Source: an uncultured Myxococcales bacterium
GTDB lineage: Bacteria; Myxococcota_A; Polyangia; Fen-1088
Assembly: GCA_937889515.1 (NCBI GenBank)
Contig: CALAOV010000140.1
Location: 1-58,336, forward strand
Length of the DNA stretch: 58,336 nucleotides
Direction of reading: 5' to 3'
This document shows, in pieces, positions 41,534 through 54,040 of this stretch. The position numbers and the translations under genes were made by a program. Under the pieces are notes generated by a model. The model made no database searches. It saw only the letters and a program-made list of their open reading frames with translations, and had not been told where the DNA came from. Position 1 is the first letter of the stretch; each line of letters opens with the position of its first letter.

Positions 41534-42202
41534 TTACTTCGCGACGACGCGCCGCAGGCGGGACACCAGCTCGTCGATCCGCTCGCCATGCAGCTTGGCG
41601 GCGGCGCGGCCCACGCAGACCCGCGCGCTCACTTCCAGGATCGTCTCGACCTCGCGCAGGTTGTGCTGGCGAAGCGTCTCACCGGACGAGACCAGATCGA
41701 CGATGCGATCGGCGAGACCGACCAGCGGGGCGATCTCGATCGATCCGTAGAGCTTGATGATCTCGGCGACGGTGCCGCGCGCCTGCAGGTGGCGTCGCGT
41801 GATCTCGGGGAACTTGGTGGCATAGCGCAGGTGAACCTGCGCGCGCTCGTCGACCGGGCTGTCTTCGGGCTCGGCGACCACCATCCGGCAGCGACCGATG
41901 CCGAGATCGAGCGGCTCGTAGAGATCCCGGTCCTGCTCTTCGAGCACGTCGCGGCCCGAGATGCCGAAGTCGGCGGCGCCGTGCTCGACATAGGAAGGGA
42001 CGTCCACGTCGCGCACGATGAGGATCCGCAGGTCGTGCTCCGGAATCGGAATGATGAGCCGACGCCCCGCGCGCGCACGATCGGCCGCGCCCAGATCGAT
42101 TCCCGCCCGCGCGAACAGCGGCAGCGCCTCGTCGAGGATGCGGCCCCGGGGCAGGGCCAGGGTGAGGGTCCGGGATCCGGTCGTGTCGGTCTTCTTCTTC
42201 AC
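41534..42202 (-). CDS. hisG: ATP phosphoribosyltransferase, short form
   Basis: [45 protein letters not shown]; 222 aa, lacks the C-terminal regulatory domain (HisZ-dependent type). Confidence 0.95.
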   Translation of the reverse strand: MKKKTDTTGSRTLTLALPRGRILDEALPLFARAGIDLGAADRARAGRRLIIPIPEHDLRILIVRDVDVPSYVEHGAADFGISGRDVLEEQDRDLYEPLDLGIGRCRMVVAEPEDSPVDERAQVHLRYATKFPEITRRHLQARGTVAEIIKLYGSIEIAPLVGLADRIVDLVSSGETLRQHNLREVETILEVSARVCVGRAAAKLHGERIDELVSRLRRVVAK

Positions 42203-43461
42203 AGCGACCCCCGCGCGCGACGAACGTCGGCGCCCAGCGCGCGCAGCTTCTTGTCGAGCCGGTCATAACCGCGATCGAGATGGTAGATGCGCAAGATGTC
42301 GGTCTTCCCTTCGGCGATGAGCCCCGCCAGCACCAGACAGGCCGACGCGCGCAGGTCGGTGGCCATCACCGTCGCTCCGGTCAGCTTGGTCGGACCGCGC
42401 ACCACCGCCGTCCGTCCATCGACGACGATGTCGGCGCCCATGCGCTGCAGCTCGGGCACGTGCATGTAGCGGTTCTCGAAGATCGTCTCGGCCAGCACCG
42501 ACTGCCCGCGCGCGCGCGTCATGAGCACCATGAACTGCGCCTGCATGTCGGTGGGGAAACCCGGGAAGGGCTGGGTGGAGATGTCGGCCGGCTTGAACTC
42601 GCTCTTGCCGCGCACGCGGATGCCGTCGCCTTCGGCGGTGACCTCGGCGCCGGTGGCGCGCAGCTTGGCGATGACGGCCTCCAGGTGTTCGGGCAGGCAG
42701 TCGCGCACCAGCACGTCGCCGCGCGTGATCGCCGCCGCGACCAGCAACGTCCCCGCCTCGATGCGATCGGGGATGATGGCGTGCTCGACCGCCTGCAGCT
42801 CGTCGACGCCCTCGATGGTGACCAGCGAGCTCCCCGCGCCGCGGACCTTGGCGCCCATCTTGTTGAGCACGCGGCCCAGCTCCTCGACCTCCGGCTCACG
42901 GGCCGCATTCTCCAGCGTCGTGCGCCCGCGCGCCAGCGCCGCCGCCATCATCAAATTCTCGGTGCCCGTCACGGTCACCATGTCGAACACGATCGTCGCG
43001 CCCCGCAGCCTGCGCGCGCGCGCGTTGACGTACCCGTGCTCGAGCTCGATCCGCGCCCCCATCGCCGCCAGGCCCTTGAGGTGCTGGTCGATCGGGCGGG
43101 CGCCGATCGCGCAGCCGCCGGGCAACGACACGCGGGCGTGGCCGTGGCGCGCCACCAGCGGCCCCAGCACCAGCACCGAGGCGCGCATGGTCTTGACCAG
43201 ATCGTAGGGCGCCTCGAATTCGTTCACGCCCGAGGTGTCGACGTGGGCGACCCCCTTGGCTACTTCTGAGAACTCGGCGCCCAGGCGACCGAGCAGCTTT
43301 CCCATCGTGCCCACGTCGCCCAGCGCCGGGACATTTCGGTAGATCGACTTGCCGCTGGCCAGCAGCGACGAGGCGAGGATCGGCAGCGCGGCGTTCTTCG
43401 AACCCGAGACGCGCACCTCGCCCGCGAGGCGCGCGCCGCCGCGGATGACGATCTTCTGCAA
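42199..43461 (-). CDS. murA: UDP-N-acetylglucosamine 1-carboxyvinyltransferase
   Basis: [41 protein letters not shown]. Confidence 0.97.
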   Translation of the reverse strand: MQKIVIRGGARLAGEVRVSGSKNAALPILASSLLASGKSIYRNVPALGDVGTMGKLLGRLGAEFSEVAKGVAHVDTSGVNEFEAPYDLVKTMRASVLVLGPLVARHGHARVSLPGGCAIGARPIDQHLKGLAAMGARIELEHGYVNARARRLRGATIVFDMVTVTGTENLMMAAALARGRTTLENAAREPEVEELGRVLNKMGAKVRGAGSSLVTIEGVDELQAVEHAIIPDRIEAGTLLVAAAITRGDVLVRDCLPEHLEAVIAKLRATGAEVTAEGDGIRVRGKSEFKPADISTQPFPGFPTDMQAQFMVLMTRARGQSVLAETIFENRYMHVPELQRMGADIVVDGRTAVVRGPTKLTGATVMATDLRASACLVLAGLIAEGKTDILRIYHLDRGYDRLDKKLRALGADVRRARGSL

Positions 43462-43482
43462 GCGAGCTCGAAGCGGGGGCGG

Positions 43483-43803
43483 TTAGGCCGCGCCGCTCGC
43501 CTCGGCACCGGCGGCCGGCGCTGCCGTGCCCGCGTGCTCGGCGCAGAGGCCGCCCTTGGCGCGCGGCTTCAAACAAGCTTCCTTGCTGCAGATCTTGTAG
43601 CGGTGATCGGCGCCGACCTTGCCCCGCCGCCAACCCATGAAGTGTTTTCGGCAGTAGCCCTTGGCGCGCACCGGCTGCTGGCACTTGTCGGCGCGGCAGG
43701 TCGGTCCCGTGGGCGCCTCCGCTGCCGCTTTCGCGGACTTGGCAGGCTTCGCGGATTTGGCGGCCGGCTTGGCCTTCTTCTTGGTGGTCTCGGTGTCAGC
43801 CAT
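43483..43803 (-). CDS. Basic protein with two C-x4-C-x9-C-x2-H fingers (resembles myxobacterial 'vegetative protein')
   Basis: Lys/Ala-rich N-terminus; CRADKC-x9-CRKH and CSKEAC-x9-CAEH. Confidence 0.75.
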   Translation of the reverse strand: MADTETTKKKAKPAAKSAKPAKSAKAAAEAPTGPTCRADKCQQPVRAKGYCRKHFMGWRRGKVGADHRYKICSKEACLKPRAKGGLCAEHAGTAAPAAGAEASGAA

Positions 43804-43929
43804 GGCAGCGGGAGACAATAGGCGGTCGCAACGGAGAGTCAAGCGGACGCGGCGATCGACCGGGGACGTGCCCCGCCCGGACCAGGCCGTGGTCCGGCCG
43901 CCGCCGGCCGTGGTAAAGAAAAAACCGCC

Positions 43930-45093
43930 ATGAAGATCGAGCTAGCCAATCGAATCCGGGAGCTTCCGCCTTACCTCTTTGCGCGCATCGACGCCCTCAA
44001 GAACGAGGAGCGCAAGAAAGGGAAGGACCTAATCGACCTGGGGATCGGAGACCCGGATCTCCCCACGCCGCCCCACATCGTGGCGGCGCTGGCCGAGGCG
44101 GCGCGCGACCCGGGGACCCACCGCTACCCGTCGTACGTGGGAATGGAAGACTTCCGCAAGGCAGCGGCCGGCTTCATGAAGACCCGCTTCGGCCTCTCGT
44201 TCGATCCGCAGAAGGAGGTCATCTGCGTGATCGGATCGAAGGAGGCGATCGCGCACTTTCCCTTCGCCTTCGTCAACCCGGGCGACGTCGTGCTCTGCCC
44301 CGATCCGGGCTACCCGGTCTACGCAACGTTGACCCGCTTCGCGGGGGGCGAGCCCTATTTCCTACCGCTGCGGCGCGAAAGCGGATTTCTCCCCGATCTG
44401 GACGCCATTCCCGCCGATGTGGCCAGGCGGGCGAAGATCCTCTGGATCAACTACCCGAACAACCCGACCGCGGCGCTGGCCGTGCCCGGCTTTTACGAGA
44501 AGGTGGTGGCATTCGCCCAGAAGAACGACGTCATCGTCGCCAGCGATCTGGCCTACAGCGAGATGTACTACGAGGCGCCGCCGCCGTCGTTTCTCGAGAC
44601 GCCCGGCGCGCGCGAGGTGGGGATCGAGTTTCACTCGCTGTCGAAGACCTACAACATGACCGGCTGGCGGGTCGGCTGGGCCTGCGGCAATGCGACGCTG
44701 GTCGGCGGCCTCGGCCAGGTGAAGACCAACGTCGACTCCGGCGCCTTCGACGCCGTCCAGCGCGCGGCGATCGCCGCCCTCACCGGGGACCAGGCGCCGG
44801 TCGCGCGCCAGCGCGAGATCTACCGCGAGCGGCGGGACGTCCTGTGCGGGGGCCTGGCCAAGGCCGGTTTCGACGTGCTCACGCCCAAGGCCAGCTTCTA
44901 CACGCTGGTCGCCAACCCCAAGGGGCTGACGTCGATCGAGTTTGCGTCGCGCCTGCTGACCGAGGCGGGCGTCGTCGCAACGCCGGCCACCGGCTTTGGC
45001 GCCGCGGGCGAGGGATTCGTCCGCCTGACCGTCTGCGCCGACAAGGCCCGCCTGGCCGAGGCGGTCGATCGGATGGCTAAGCTCAAGCTCTGA
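43930..45093 (+). CDS. dapL: LL-diaminopimelate aminotransferase (class I/II PLP)
   Basis: LPPYLFARID, DLGIGDPD, GSKEAIAH, NYPNNPT, SLSKTYNMTGWRVG, KTNVDSG. Confidence 0.8.
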   Translation: MKIELANRIRELPPYLFARIDALKNEERKKGKDLIDLGIGDPDLPTPPHIVAALAEAARDPGTHRYPSYVGMEDFRKAAAGFMKTRFGLSFDPQKEVICVIGSKEAIAHFPFAFVNPGDVVLCPDPGYPVYATLTRFAGGEPYFLPLRRESGFLPDLDAIPADVARRAKILWINYPNNPTAALAVPGFYEKVVAFAQKNDVIVASDLAYSEMYYEAPPPSFLETPGAREVGIEFHSLSKTYNMTGWRVGWACGNATLVGGLGQVKTNVDSGAFDAVQRAAIAALTGDQAPVARQREIYRERRDVLCGGLAKAGFDVLTPKASFYTLVANPKGLTSIEFASRLLTEAGVVATPATGFGAAGEGFVRLTVCADKARLAEAVDRMAKLKL

Positions 45094-45163
45094 GGCCGGA
45101 TGCGAGGGCGGGTCTGAGCGACGCCTGGTCTGAACGACGGCCCGTCTGAGTTAAGATCGGCGG

Positions 45164-46117
45164 ATGCCGGAGCGTAAGCCGATCGCGATCTCGCTGGGCG
45201 ATCCCGCCGGCATCGGCCCGGAGATCGTCGCACGCGCGCTGGCCGACCGGCCGAACGTGAGCCTCCTGGTGTTCGGCGACGAAGGGGTGCTCGCGCGCGC
45301 GGCGAAGGCAGCGGGGGTCCCCACGCCGGCGACCGGACGTATCCGGGCCGTGACCTCCCTGCGATCCGACGAGGTCACCCCCGGGCAACCGAACGACGCC
45401 TCCGGCCGCGCGCAGCTCGCTTATCTGACGGCGGCCACCGACGCCGCGCTGGCGGGTGACGTATCGGCGCTGGTCACCGCGCCGATCTCGAAGGCGTGGA
45501 TCGGCCGCGCCGGGTTCGAGTTCCCCGGCCACACCGAATACCTCGCGTCCCGCGCCGGCGTACGCGAGTTCGCGATGATGCTGGCCGGCCCGACCCTGCG
45601 CGTGACCGTCGCGACGACGCACATCCCGCTGCGCGACGTGCCGCGCCTGCTGACGGCCGACGGGATCGCCTCGACGATCTGGTTGACCGCCGAGGCGCTC
45701 GCGCGGCGCTTCGGGATCGCCGCCCCGCGTATCGCCGTCGCCGGGCTCAACCCACACGCGGGCGAAGCCGGTCGCTTCGGCGACGAAGAAGAGCGGGTGG
45801 TGAAGCCGGCGATCGAAAAGGCCCGCGCCCGGATCGGGGCCTCCGGGTTCCCGGCGACCATCTCAGGCCCACTGGTCCCCGACTCCGTCTTCCGCCAGGC
45901 GGCGCACGGTGAGTTCGACGCCGTCGTCGCCCTCTACCACGACCAGGGCCTCATCCCCCTCAAGCTCCTGCACTTCGACGACGGCGTGAACCTGACGCTC
46001 GGGTTGCCCTTTGTCCGCACCTCCCCGGACCACGGCACCGCCTACGACATCGCGGGGTCGGGACGGGCGAGGGCGCAGAGTTTTCTGGCGGCATTCGATC
46101 TGGCCACCTGCATTTGA
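45164..46117 (+). CDS. pdxA: 4-hydroxythreonine-4-phosphate dehydrogenase
   Basis: GDPAGIGPE, TAPISK, GHTEYL, GLNPHAGE, YHDQGLIP, RTSPDHGTA. Confidence 0.95.
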   Translation: MPERKPIAISLGDPAGIGPEIVARALADRPNVSLLVFGDEGVLARAAKAAGVPTPATGRIRAVTSLRSDEVTPGQPNDASGRAQLAYLTAATDAALAGDVSALVTAPISKAWIGRAGFEFPGHTEYLASRAGVREFAMMLAGPTLRVTVATTHIPLRDVPRLLTADGIASTIWLTAEALARRFGIAAPRIAVAGLNPHAGEAGRFGDEEERVVKPAIEKARARIGASGFPATISGPLVPDSVFRQAAHGEFDAVVALYHDQGLIPLKLLHFDDGVNLTLGLPFVRTSPDHGTAYDIAGSGRARAQSFLAAFDLATCI

Positions 46118-46140
46118 GGATCCCGAATCGGTCGATCCGC

Positions 46141-46524
46141 TTACCAGACAGTCTCGACGATCTTCAGGTTACGCAGGAGCCCGTCCTTGGTCACCAGGCG
46201 CGACCGGTGCTCGAGAGTGGTCGCGACGATGAAACGATCGGCGGGATCGGGATGCATGGGTAGGCTGTCGGCGCGTAGGGCCGCGTTCGCGTCCAGCGGC
46301 AGCGCCTCCACGCGGGGGATCGCCAGGAGGCGCTCGGCCCAGTCGCTCACGGGCAACTCGAGCTGCACCTTCCCTTTGCGAACCAGGATGGCGGTCTCCC
46401 AAAACACGATGGTTGGAATCCCGATCCGCTCGACATCTGCCAGCGCCCGCGCCGCCGCCCGTCCCAGACGGTTCGGCTCTAGGGTCCACCAAAGGACGGC
46501 ATGCGTGTCGAGCACCACCATCAT
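46141..46524 (-). CDS. Type II toxin, VapC/PIN domain
   Basis: LDTHAVLWW, FWE, HPDPADRFIVATT, LVTKD. Confidence 0.9.
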   Translation of the reverse strand: MMVVLDTHAVLWWTLEPNRLGRAAARALADVERIGIPTIVFWETAILVRKGKVQLELPVSDWAERLLAIPRVEALPLDANAALRADSLPMHPDPADRFIVATTLEHRSRLVTKDGLLRNLKIVETVW

Positions 46525-46525
46525 G

Positions 46526-46795
46526 TCAGCGCTTACCTCCGTCGAGCGCGGACCAGCGCGCGTCCTCGGATGACGGACGGAGGAGCTCCGCCTCGGAAAC
46601 CGCGGTTCGGCCCTTCCCCCGAAGACCGGCGAGGATCTCCGTCTCCCGCTCCCTGTCCGAGCTGACCGGCACCAGCCTGGCCACCGGCCGTCCCCGCTTG
46701 GTGATGATCACCTCGGTCTTGGTCTCGGCGACCTCGTCGAGCACCGCCAGGCAGACCTGCTTGAAGGCCCCCGCTCCCATCTGTTTCTTGGTCAT
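46526..46795 (-). CDS. Type II antitoxin, Phd/YefM family
   Basis: AGAFKQVCLAVLDEV...IITKRGRPVARLVP; directly upstream of the PIN toxin. Confidence 0.92.
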   Translation of the reverse strand: MTKKQMGAGAFKQVCLAVLDEVAETKTEVIITKRGRPVARLVPVSSDRERETEILAGLRGKGRTAVSEAELLRPSSEDARWSALDGGKR

Positions 46796-46891
46796 GGATA
46801 CAGTCTATGGACATTTAGATCCGCCCGCAAGACCAGGCCGGACGGCATGGCTATTGGCCGCCGCCATGCCATTGAAAGAGAGCGATCACCG

Positions 46892-47350
46892 TTAGCCAGC
46901 CGACTTCGCTGCTTCGAGTAGTTTCACGTCCACCAGATCCTGATCGCGACCTGAGGCCTTTTTGGCCGCGATCAGATCATCTCGTCCGATGACCGACACC
47001 GAAACGTCCTGCCATTCGAAGGTGGTTCGGCGTGCGAACGCATCCGCGAAGGTGGCTCCGGGGATCGCCTTGACGAGGTCGACCCGGGTCGGCGGTCGTC
47101 CCATCCAAACGACATCCAGCGGATCGGCGCGACGCAGCTCGTCGACCAGACCAGTCGGCGCGCCGAAGCGCGCGAGGGCCGTTTCGAGACGACGAAGGTT
47201 TTCGTCCGAATCGTCGATCCAGAGGTCCAGGTCCTTGGTGAATCGAGGCCGCCCGTGAAACCCGACGGCGTATCCGCCGACCAGCAGGTATCGAACGTCA
47301 GCGGCGGCGAACGCCCCAATCAGATCCCGAAAGTCGGGGTAGATTTCCAC
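46892..47350 (-). CDS. Nucleotidyltransferase-fold protein (DUF6036-like)
   Basis: YLLVGGYAVGFHGRPRFTKDLDLW, C-terminal KKASGRDQDLVD. Confidence 0.85.
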   Translation of the reverse strand: MEIYPDFRDLIGAFAAADVRYLLVGGYAVGFHGRPRFTKDLDLWIDDSDENLRRLETALARFGAPTGLVDELRRADPLDVVWMGRPPTRVDLVKAIPGATFADAFARRTTFEWQDVSVSVIGRDDLIAAKKASGRDQDLVDVKLLEAAKSAG

Positions 47351-47546
47351 TTTCCCCTCCTGCGAGCAGGGACGCTCGGGCCATCTCGAGGATGGCGTCG
47401 AAGCGCTCGGAACCCCCGACGCTCGACCAGTACGCGAGGTCGAACGCGATCGCGTCCTCCCCCGATCTCTGAATACCGCTCTGCCAGGAAGCCGCCCGCC
47501 TAGCCGCGCGCTTCTCCTCGCCCAAGCGTCGTTCCAGGTCGCTCAC
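47298..47546 (-). CDS. Small hypothetical partner of the nucleotidyltransferase
   Basis: 82 aa, DLAYW..ERF..PRL; perfect TATAAT 9 nt before GTG; overlaps the NTase by 53 nt. Confidence 0.7.
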   Translation of the reverse strand: MSDLERRLGEEKRAARRAASWQSGIQRSGEDAIAFDLAYWSSVGGSERFDAILEMARASLLAGGESGNLPRLSGSDWGVRRR

Positions 47547-47718
47547 TATCTGTCGATTATATCAGCCCCAAGTCGGAGTTCGCGGGCCGACCGCCTCCCG
47601 GCCCCCCGGAGCAGGTCTCCTCCGTCTCGCCGGCCATGATAGAGTCTAAGTGCTGGAAATCCGGCTTGGTGGCGTGAGTGGTCCTCTAGGGTGGCGCCTC
47701 CGGAACCGGCCCGCGGCA

Positions 47719-50565
<2,847 letters not shown>

Positions 50566-50575
50566 GCGGCGGGGA

Positions 50576-51106
50576 TCAGTTGTCCTCGAGAAGGCCGAAC
50601 ACGAGCGTGTCGTGAAGCCCGGTCGAGGTCCGCGTGAAGCGGCGCAGACGTCCTTCGAGAACAAAACCATTCCTCTCGAGAACGCGGATGGAGGGTTGAT
50701 TGAAGTACAACGTATGCGCACTCAGTCGCTCGAGACCGAGCACGCCGAACGCGTAGGGGACAAACGCGCGCACCGCCTCGTTGGCGCGCCCGCGGCCGCG
50801 GGCCGCCGGGGCGAGCCAATAGCCGAGCTCTCCGTTGTGCGCCGAGCCAACCTCTAGGTCATCGACGCCGACCGAGCCGACCATCCTGCCGGCCGGATCC
50901 CGGATGGCGAAACAGATCTCGGGGCCGCGTCGGGCGACCTCCATCCGGTGGCGGACCCACTTTTCGGCGGACTCTTCGGTGTACGGCTGCGGAATCGCGG
51001 GGATGAACGCCGCGATCTCTCCGTCGGCTAGCAGTTGAACGTGCGCGTCTCGATCGCCCTCCCCAACGCCACTGAGGTGGTGGCCACCCGGCAGCTCGAT
51101 CCGCAC
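50576..51106 (-). CDS. GNAT acetyltransferase (RimJ/RimL-like)
   Basis: ELGYWL...RGRGRA, NQPSIRVLERNGF..EG. Confidence 0.9.
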   Translation of the reverse strand: MRIELPGGHHLSGVGEGDRDAHVQLLADGEIAAFIPAIPQPYTEESAEKWVRHRMEVARRGPEICFAIRDPAGRMVGSVGVDDLEVGSAHNGELGYWLAPAARGRGRANEAVRAFVPYAFGVLGLERLSAHTLYFNQPSIRVLERNGFVLEGRLRRFTRTSTGLHDTLVFGLLEDN

Positions 51107-51127
51107 ACCGGCTAGGCTATCACGCGG

Positions 51128-51571
51128 TCAACGCGCCGCCGGCGCCTGCAGCGGGTGCCGCCAGCGGAGATCGGGGATGCGCGCGAAGTCGGCGTCGCAA
51201 GTCACCCATTCGCAGCCGTGCTCGATCGCGACGGCCGCATGTTGGAGATCGGCGATTCGCCCGCCCACGGCCCCCGTCGCCCGGTAAAGGTCGCGAAAAA
51301 TATCGAAGTGCCGTGCCCCCGGCCTGACCAGTCTGCACCCAGGTGTCCGACAAATCTCGTCCACAAACGCCAAAGCAACGTCGGAAGGGGTTGGAACTCG
51401 AAATGCTCGTGCGTTGGTGGTGATCCGCAGAAACCCGACCAGGACCAGCTCAGACATCGCGAAGGGCTCGCGCCCGTCGACCAAGCGCTTTAGCCACGAT
51501 GCGTACGCCGCATGGTCCTCCGCGTCCTTTCTGTGCGCGTAGATGAGGACGTTAACGTCGGGGAGCAGCAT
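51128..51571 (-). CDS. Type II toxin, VapC/PIN (mycobacterial-like subfamily)
   Basis: MLLPDVNVLIYAH, GFLRITT, DLQHAAVAIEHG, TCDADFARIP. Confidence 0.9.
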   Translation of the reverse strand: MLLPDVNVLIYAHRKDAEDHAAYASWLKRLVDGREPFAMSELVLVGFLRITTNARAFRVPTPSDVALAFVDEICRTPGCRLVRPGARHFDIFRDLYRATGAVGGRIADLQHAAVAIEHGCEWVTCDADFARIPDLRWRHPLQAPAAR

Positions 51572-51848
51572 CGTCCGAATCCGCGGCGCGACTGGCGAGA
51601 CCACCAACGCGCTCGATCTCGTCAGCCTCCAAGATCTCCTTCAGTCGACCGAACGAAAAGCCCGGACGCAACCCACCCTTCCCGAAGGTCACCAAGCGAA
51701 ACGGCGCCCGTTCGACTTCGGGCTCTCGTCGCAGCAGGGTAGCGCGCACAGATCGCTCGACGAACTGACCGAGGGTCAGATTCTCGCGATCCGCCTGTCG
51801 CTTCGCCTGTTCGAGGAGAGCGTCCGGCAAGTTGACGGTGGTCCTCAC
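51552..51848 (-). CDS. Type II antitoxin, VapB/RHH family
   Basis: MRTTVNLPDALLEQAK...TLGQFVE; GGLRPG; upstream of and overlapping the PIN gene. Confidence 0.85.
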   Translation of the reverse strand: MRTTVNLPDALLEQAKRQADRENLTLGQFVERSVRATLLRREPEVERAPFRLVTFGKGGLRPGFSFGRLKEILEADEIERVGGLASRAADSDDAAPRR

Positions 51849-51952
51849 GCATCAGAGCATATCATGTAGTCATCACTGCATCAATTGAATCAAAGGGAAT
51901 GATCGGCAACCTCCGCATGGACAGGTCGCCTCTGCGGATTCACACTTCCCGC

Positions 51953-52507
51953 ATGACGCCCACCCCTCGAACGATGGTTCCCCTGCTGGCGATGTTGGCG
52001 ACAACGACCGTCGCGACGGTCGCCCGTGCCGATGACGGCCCGCTCGCGATCGGCGCCCCCGCGCCCGATGTCACCGGCAAGGATGCGGCCGGCACGCCGG
52101 TCAAGCTCTCGGCGCAGAAGGGAAAGTTCGCGGTGGTCTACTTCTATCCGAAGGACGAGACGCTCGGCTGCACCAAGGAGGCCTGCGCCTTCCGCGACGC
52201 CTTCGACAAGTTCGTCAACGCGGGCATCACCATCTTCGCGGTGTCGCGCGATCCGGACAGCAGCCACGTCGCCTTCCGCGAGCACTACAAGCTCCAGTTC
52301 CCCATGGTGGCCGACCCGGTGGGCACCGTGCAGCGCGCCTACCACGTGCCGCCCGTGAAACCCGGCGCCGAGATCACCGCGCGGGTGACTTTCCTGGTCG
52401 GCCCCGACGGCAAGATCGCGCGCGTCTGGCCCAAGGTCGATCCGGTGGTCAGCGCCCGCGATGTCCTCGACGCCGTCGCCGAGCTCCAGGCCAAGCACAA
52501 GAACTAG
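51953..52507 (+). CDS. bcp: Peroxiredoxin BCP/PrxQ with signal peptide
   Basis: YFYPKDETLGCTKEACAFRD, RVTFLVGPDG; N-terminal signal peptide ending ARA. Confidence 0.88.
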   Translation: MTPTPRTMVPLLAMLATTTVATVARADDGPLAIGAPAPDVTGKDAAGTPVKLSAQKGKFAVVYFYPKDETLGCTKEACAFRDAFDKFVNAGITIFAVSRDPDSSHVAFREHYKLQFPMVADPVGTVQRAYHVPPVKPGAEITARVTFLVGPDGKIARVWPKVDPVVSARDVLDAVAELQAKHKN

Positions 52508-52509
52508 CT

Positions 52510-54039
52510 TCAGAGCGGTCGAACGGGCCCGGGACGGGGGGCCGACGGCGCGGGCGGCGCCGACAGCACCGCCCAGTCGCCATCGCGGAAGCTCGTGGTC
52601 CAGCCGGCGTTCCCCAGAGTCTCGACCATCGTCGCATCCTCCGGAAGGAACGCGCACCGAATCCCCCAGCGGTCGAAGAGCGGCCGATAGGGCTGTTGCC
52701 CGTACTCGACCGCGATGGCCTCCGCCTGAAATGCCAACGGATACGGATCGTGGCGGCTGTCGATGAACACCTTCGTCTCCGGCGCGAACCAGATCAGGTA
52801 GCCCCCGTCGTCGTAGCGGTTGTAAAGGGGTCCCGGGCAGGCGCGCACGGCCGCTATCGCAGCTGCGCCCATCGGACGCCAGTTGAGTCGCTTGGGCATC
52901 GTGACCCAGGCCAGCGCCACGATCGCCGCGGCGGCGACGCCCGCGCCGCCGAGCAGGACAAGGTTCAAGATCGGGTGGTCGGGGCTGGGCGCGGAGGGCG
53001 CCGGACGCCCCGGCAGCCGGAAGCGGAAGTCGGCGCCGAGTAGCCGGCTGGCGGTCGGCGCAGCCAGCATCAGGAAGGGAGCGATGTTGCGCAGCGAGCG
53101 AAACGCCAGCGGAAGAAGCGCCAGCGTCGCCGCGATCAGAACCCAGTCGAGCCAGGTATCGGCGGGACCTTCGACCAACGTCCGCCGGCGTTTGAAACAG
53201 AGGACCGCGAATGCGACGGCGACGATCCAGAACAGGCCGCCCAACCAGCCGTTCGGCAGCGTCGGCTGCCACTCGGCGATCCACGCGATCTGAGGGTCCG
53301 ACGTCCCCTCCAGGACGAAACGGTAGAGAGAGAAACCCAGCGGTGTCGCGCAGGCGGCCAGCCCTGCCAGCGGCGCGACGACGGCGAGGCCGATCAGGCG
53401 GCGGCGGTCCTCGGCCCCGCGACGACGCCTCCAGCGCAGCACCGCCGCCACCAGCGCCGCACCCAGGACGATTTCACCGAAGAGGACGCCAGCGTGCAGG
53501 TTGGCCCAGAGGACAAACAGAAATGGAATCACGCGAAAGCGCTGGCGGCCGAGCAACCGGACCAAAACAACCAGCGCGAGGAGCGTCGCGATCTGCGGGC
53601 GCAGCGCCCAGACACAGGAGGCCGGCGCCAGCGCCAAGACCAGCAGGATAAAGCGCGTGATGCGCGGCCCCACCATCATGCGGTAGACGAGGACGACCGC
53701 GCCGACGACGAAGAGGGCCGCCGCCAGGCTGACCAGCGGCATTCCGCCCAGGCGATGACAACCGTAGACGAAGGCTTGCCAGAGCCATTCGTGGTCCGGC
53801 CAGCGCAAGCCCGCGATCGTGAAGGAATAGCTGTCGACGAGGGGGGCGTGACCCGTGCGCCAGATGTCGGCGCCCGCGCGCAGGTGCCAGAAGGTGTCGT
53901 TCTGCGCCGGCATGAGCAGCGCCCGGAATGCCACCGCCACGAACAGCAAGCCGATGGCCATCTCGTCGAACGACAGCCCGGGTCGGAGATCGCGCCGAGC
54001 TCCCCGCGACGCGACCGGCAACGCCCTCGGCGGGTCCAC
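52510..54039 (-). CDS. GT-C-like multi-pass membrane protein, paralog 3 (start uncertain)
   Basis: DTFWHLRAG, WPDHEWL, LWANLHAG, EWQP, YNRYDDGGYLIW, VFIDSRHDPY. Confidence 0.75.
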   Translation of the reverse strand: MDPPRALPVASRGARRDLRPGLSFDEMAIGLLFVAVAFRALLMPAQNDTFWHLRAGADIWRTGHAPLVDSYSFTIAGLRWPDHEWLWQAFVYGCHRLGGMPLVSLAAALFVVGAVVLVYRMMVGPRITRFILLVLALAPASCVWALRPQIATLLALVVLVRLLGRQRFRVIPFLFVLWANLHAGVLFGEIVLGAALVAAVLRWRRRRGAEDRRRLIGLAVVAPLAGLAACATPLGFSLYRFVLEGTSDPQIAWIAEWQPTLPNGWLGGLFWIVAVAFAVLCFKRRRTLVEGPADTWLDWVLIAATLALLPLAFRSLRNIAPFLMLAAPTASRLLGADFRFRLPGRPAPSAPSPDHPILNLVLLGGAGVAAAAIVALAWVTMPKRLNWRPMGAAAIAAVRACPGPLYNRYDDGGYLIWFAPETKVFIDSRHDPYPLAFQAEAIAVEYGQQPYRPLFDRWGIRCAFLPEDATMVETLGNAGWTTSFRDGDWAVLSAPPAPSAPRPGPVRPL

Positions 54040-54040
54040 C

